From assembly GCA_023213395.1 (NCBI GenBank), contig CM041465.1, forward strand, positions 86,125,741 to 86,189,740: 64,000 nt of DNA, in the 5' to 3' direction. Position numbers and translations under genes: made by a program. The notes under the pieces are model-generated. The model did no database searches, was not told where the DNA came from, and saw only the letters and a program-made list of their open reading frames with translations. This DNA comes from Cycas panzhihuaensis. Taxonomy: Eukaryota > Plantae > Cycadophyta. Positions within the stretch are counted from its first letter, which is position 1. Each line of letters starts with the position of its first letter. Below are positions 63,652 through 64,000 of the stretch, in pieces.

Positions 63652-64000
63652 ATGGCTCTCTTCATTTTTACCGATGGCAGAAGGCGCAGTAACCCCGGTC
63701 CCTCCATCGTGGCATGGATTCTTCACGACCCTTCCAGATATGATTTCCTACATTCTAGAATCTTCCTCCTTGAGGCCACCAATAACGAAGCTGAGTACAT
63801 GATCGTTATTGAAGCTCTCACTGATGCACTCTGTTTTCACCTCGGATCTATTGTTCTCCTTTGCGATTCCCAGGTTGTGGTGTCCCATCTCACCCAGGTT
63901 TATCGGGTGTGATGCCCACGCATGAGAGTCCTCGCTTCAACCGTTAGGTCCCTATTGGCTTATTTTTAGTCTGTCGACATCTGACAAATCCCTTGAGCCC
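63652..64000 (+). pseudogene. Archaeal-type RNase H (aRH) in a separate 3' ORF of the Tat element
   Basis: FTDG..RSNPGP...ATNNEAEY..IEAL...CDSQVVV. The frame continues past a TGA at 63910 to an F..V.I..IP motif. Confidence 0.9.

Larger units (their letters stand above)
53045..64000 (+). mobile_element. Ty3/gypsy Tat-clade element 2 (gag-PR-RT-RH-INT then separate aRH; TatIII-like), runs off the window
   Basis: LTR 53045-55467; PBS TGGCGACTATACTGGGGA 55469-55486; full pol domain order and a downstream archaeal-type RNase H. Confidence 0.95.

Overview
AT-rich, retroelement-dense plant nuclear DNA with no intact host protein-coding gene. A gymnosperm origin is inferred from miR482 together with a Tat-type Ty3/gypsy element carrying its archaeal-type RNase H 3' of integrase. 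The main non-TE feature is a small CpG-retaining island at about 10.1-10.7 kb holding a MIR482-family locus. It has a canonical hairpin (22-nt UCUUUCCUACGCCUCCCAUUCC, antisense to NB-ARC P-loop codons GMGGVGKT). A tandem second P-loop-antisense 22-mer (GLGGAGKT) lies 115 nt downstream and appears to have lost its own star arm. The rest is layered transposons: a degraded gypsy 3' end, a SINE-like relic, and an old + strand L1 interrupted by a gag-only LTR element (TSD ACTTC). A tandem segmental duplication contains a full-length RNase-H-bearing L1 (16-bp TSD) and a deleted copy of it. Further on are an inverted pair of LTR+PBS units, an L1 nested in a related L1 (16-bp TSD), and two nested Tat-like elements with about 2.5-kb LTRs that share splice signals and covarying RNA structure. 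All alignments and folds were done by eye, so boundaries without a TSD are approximate.
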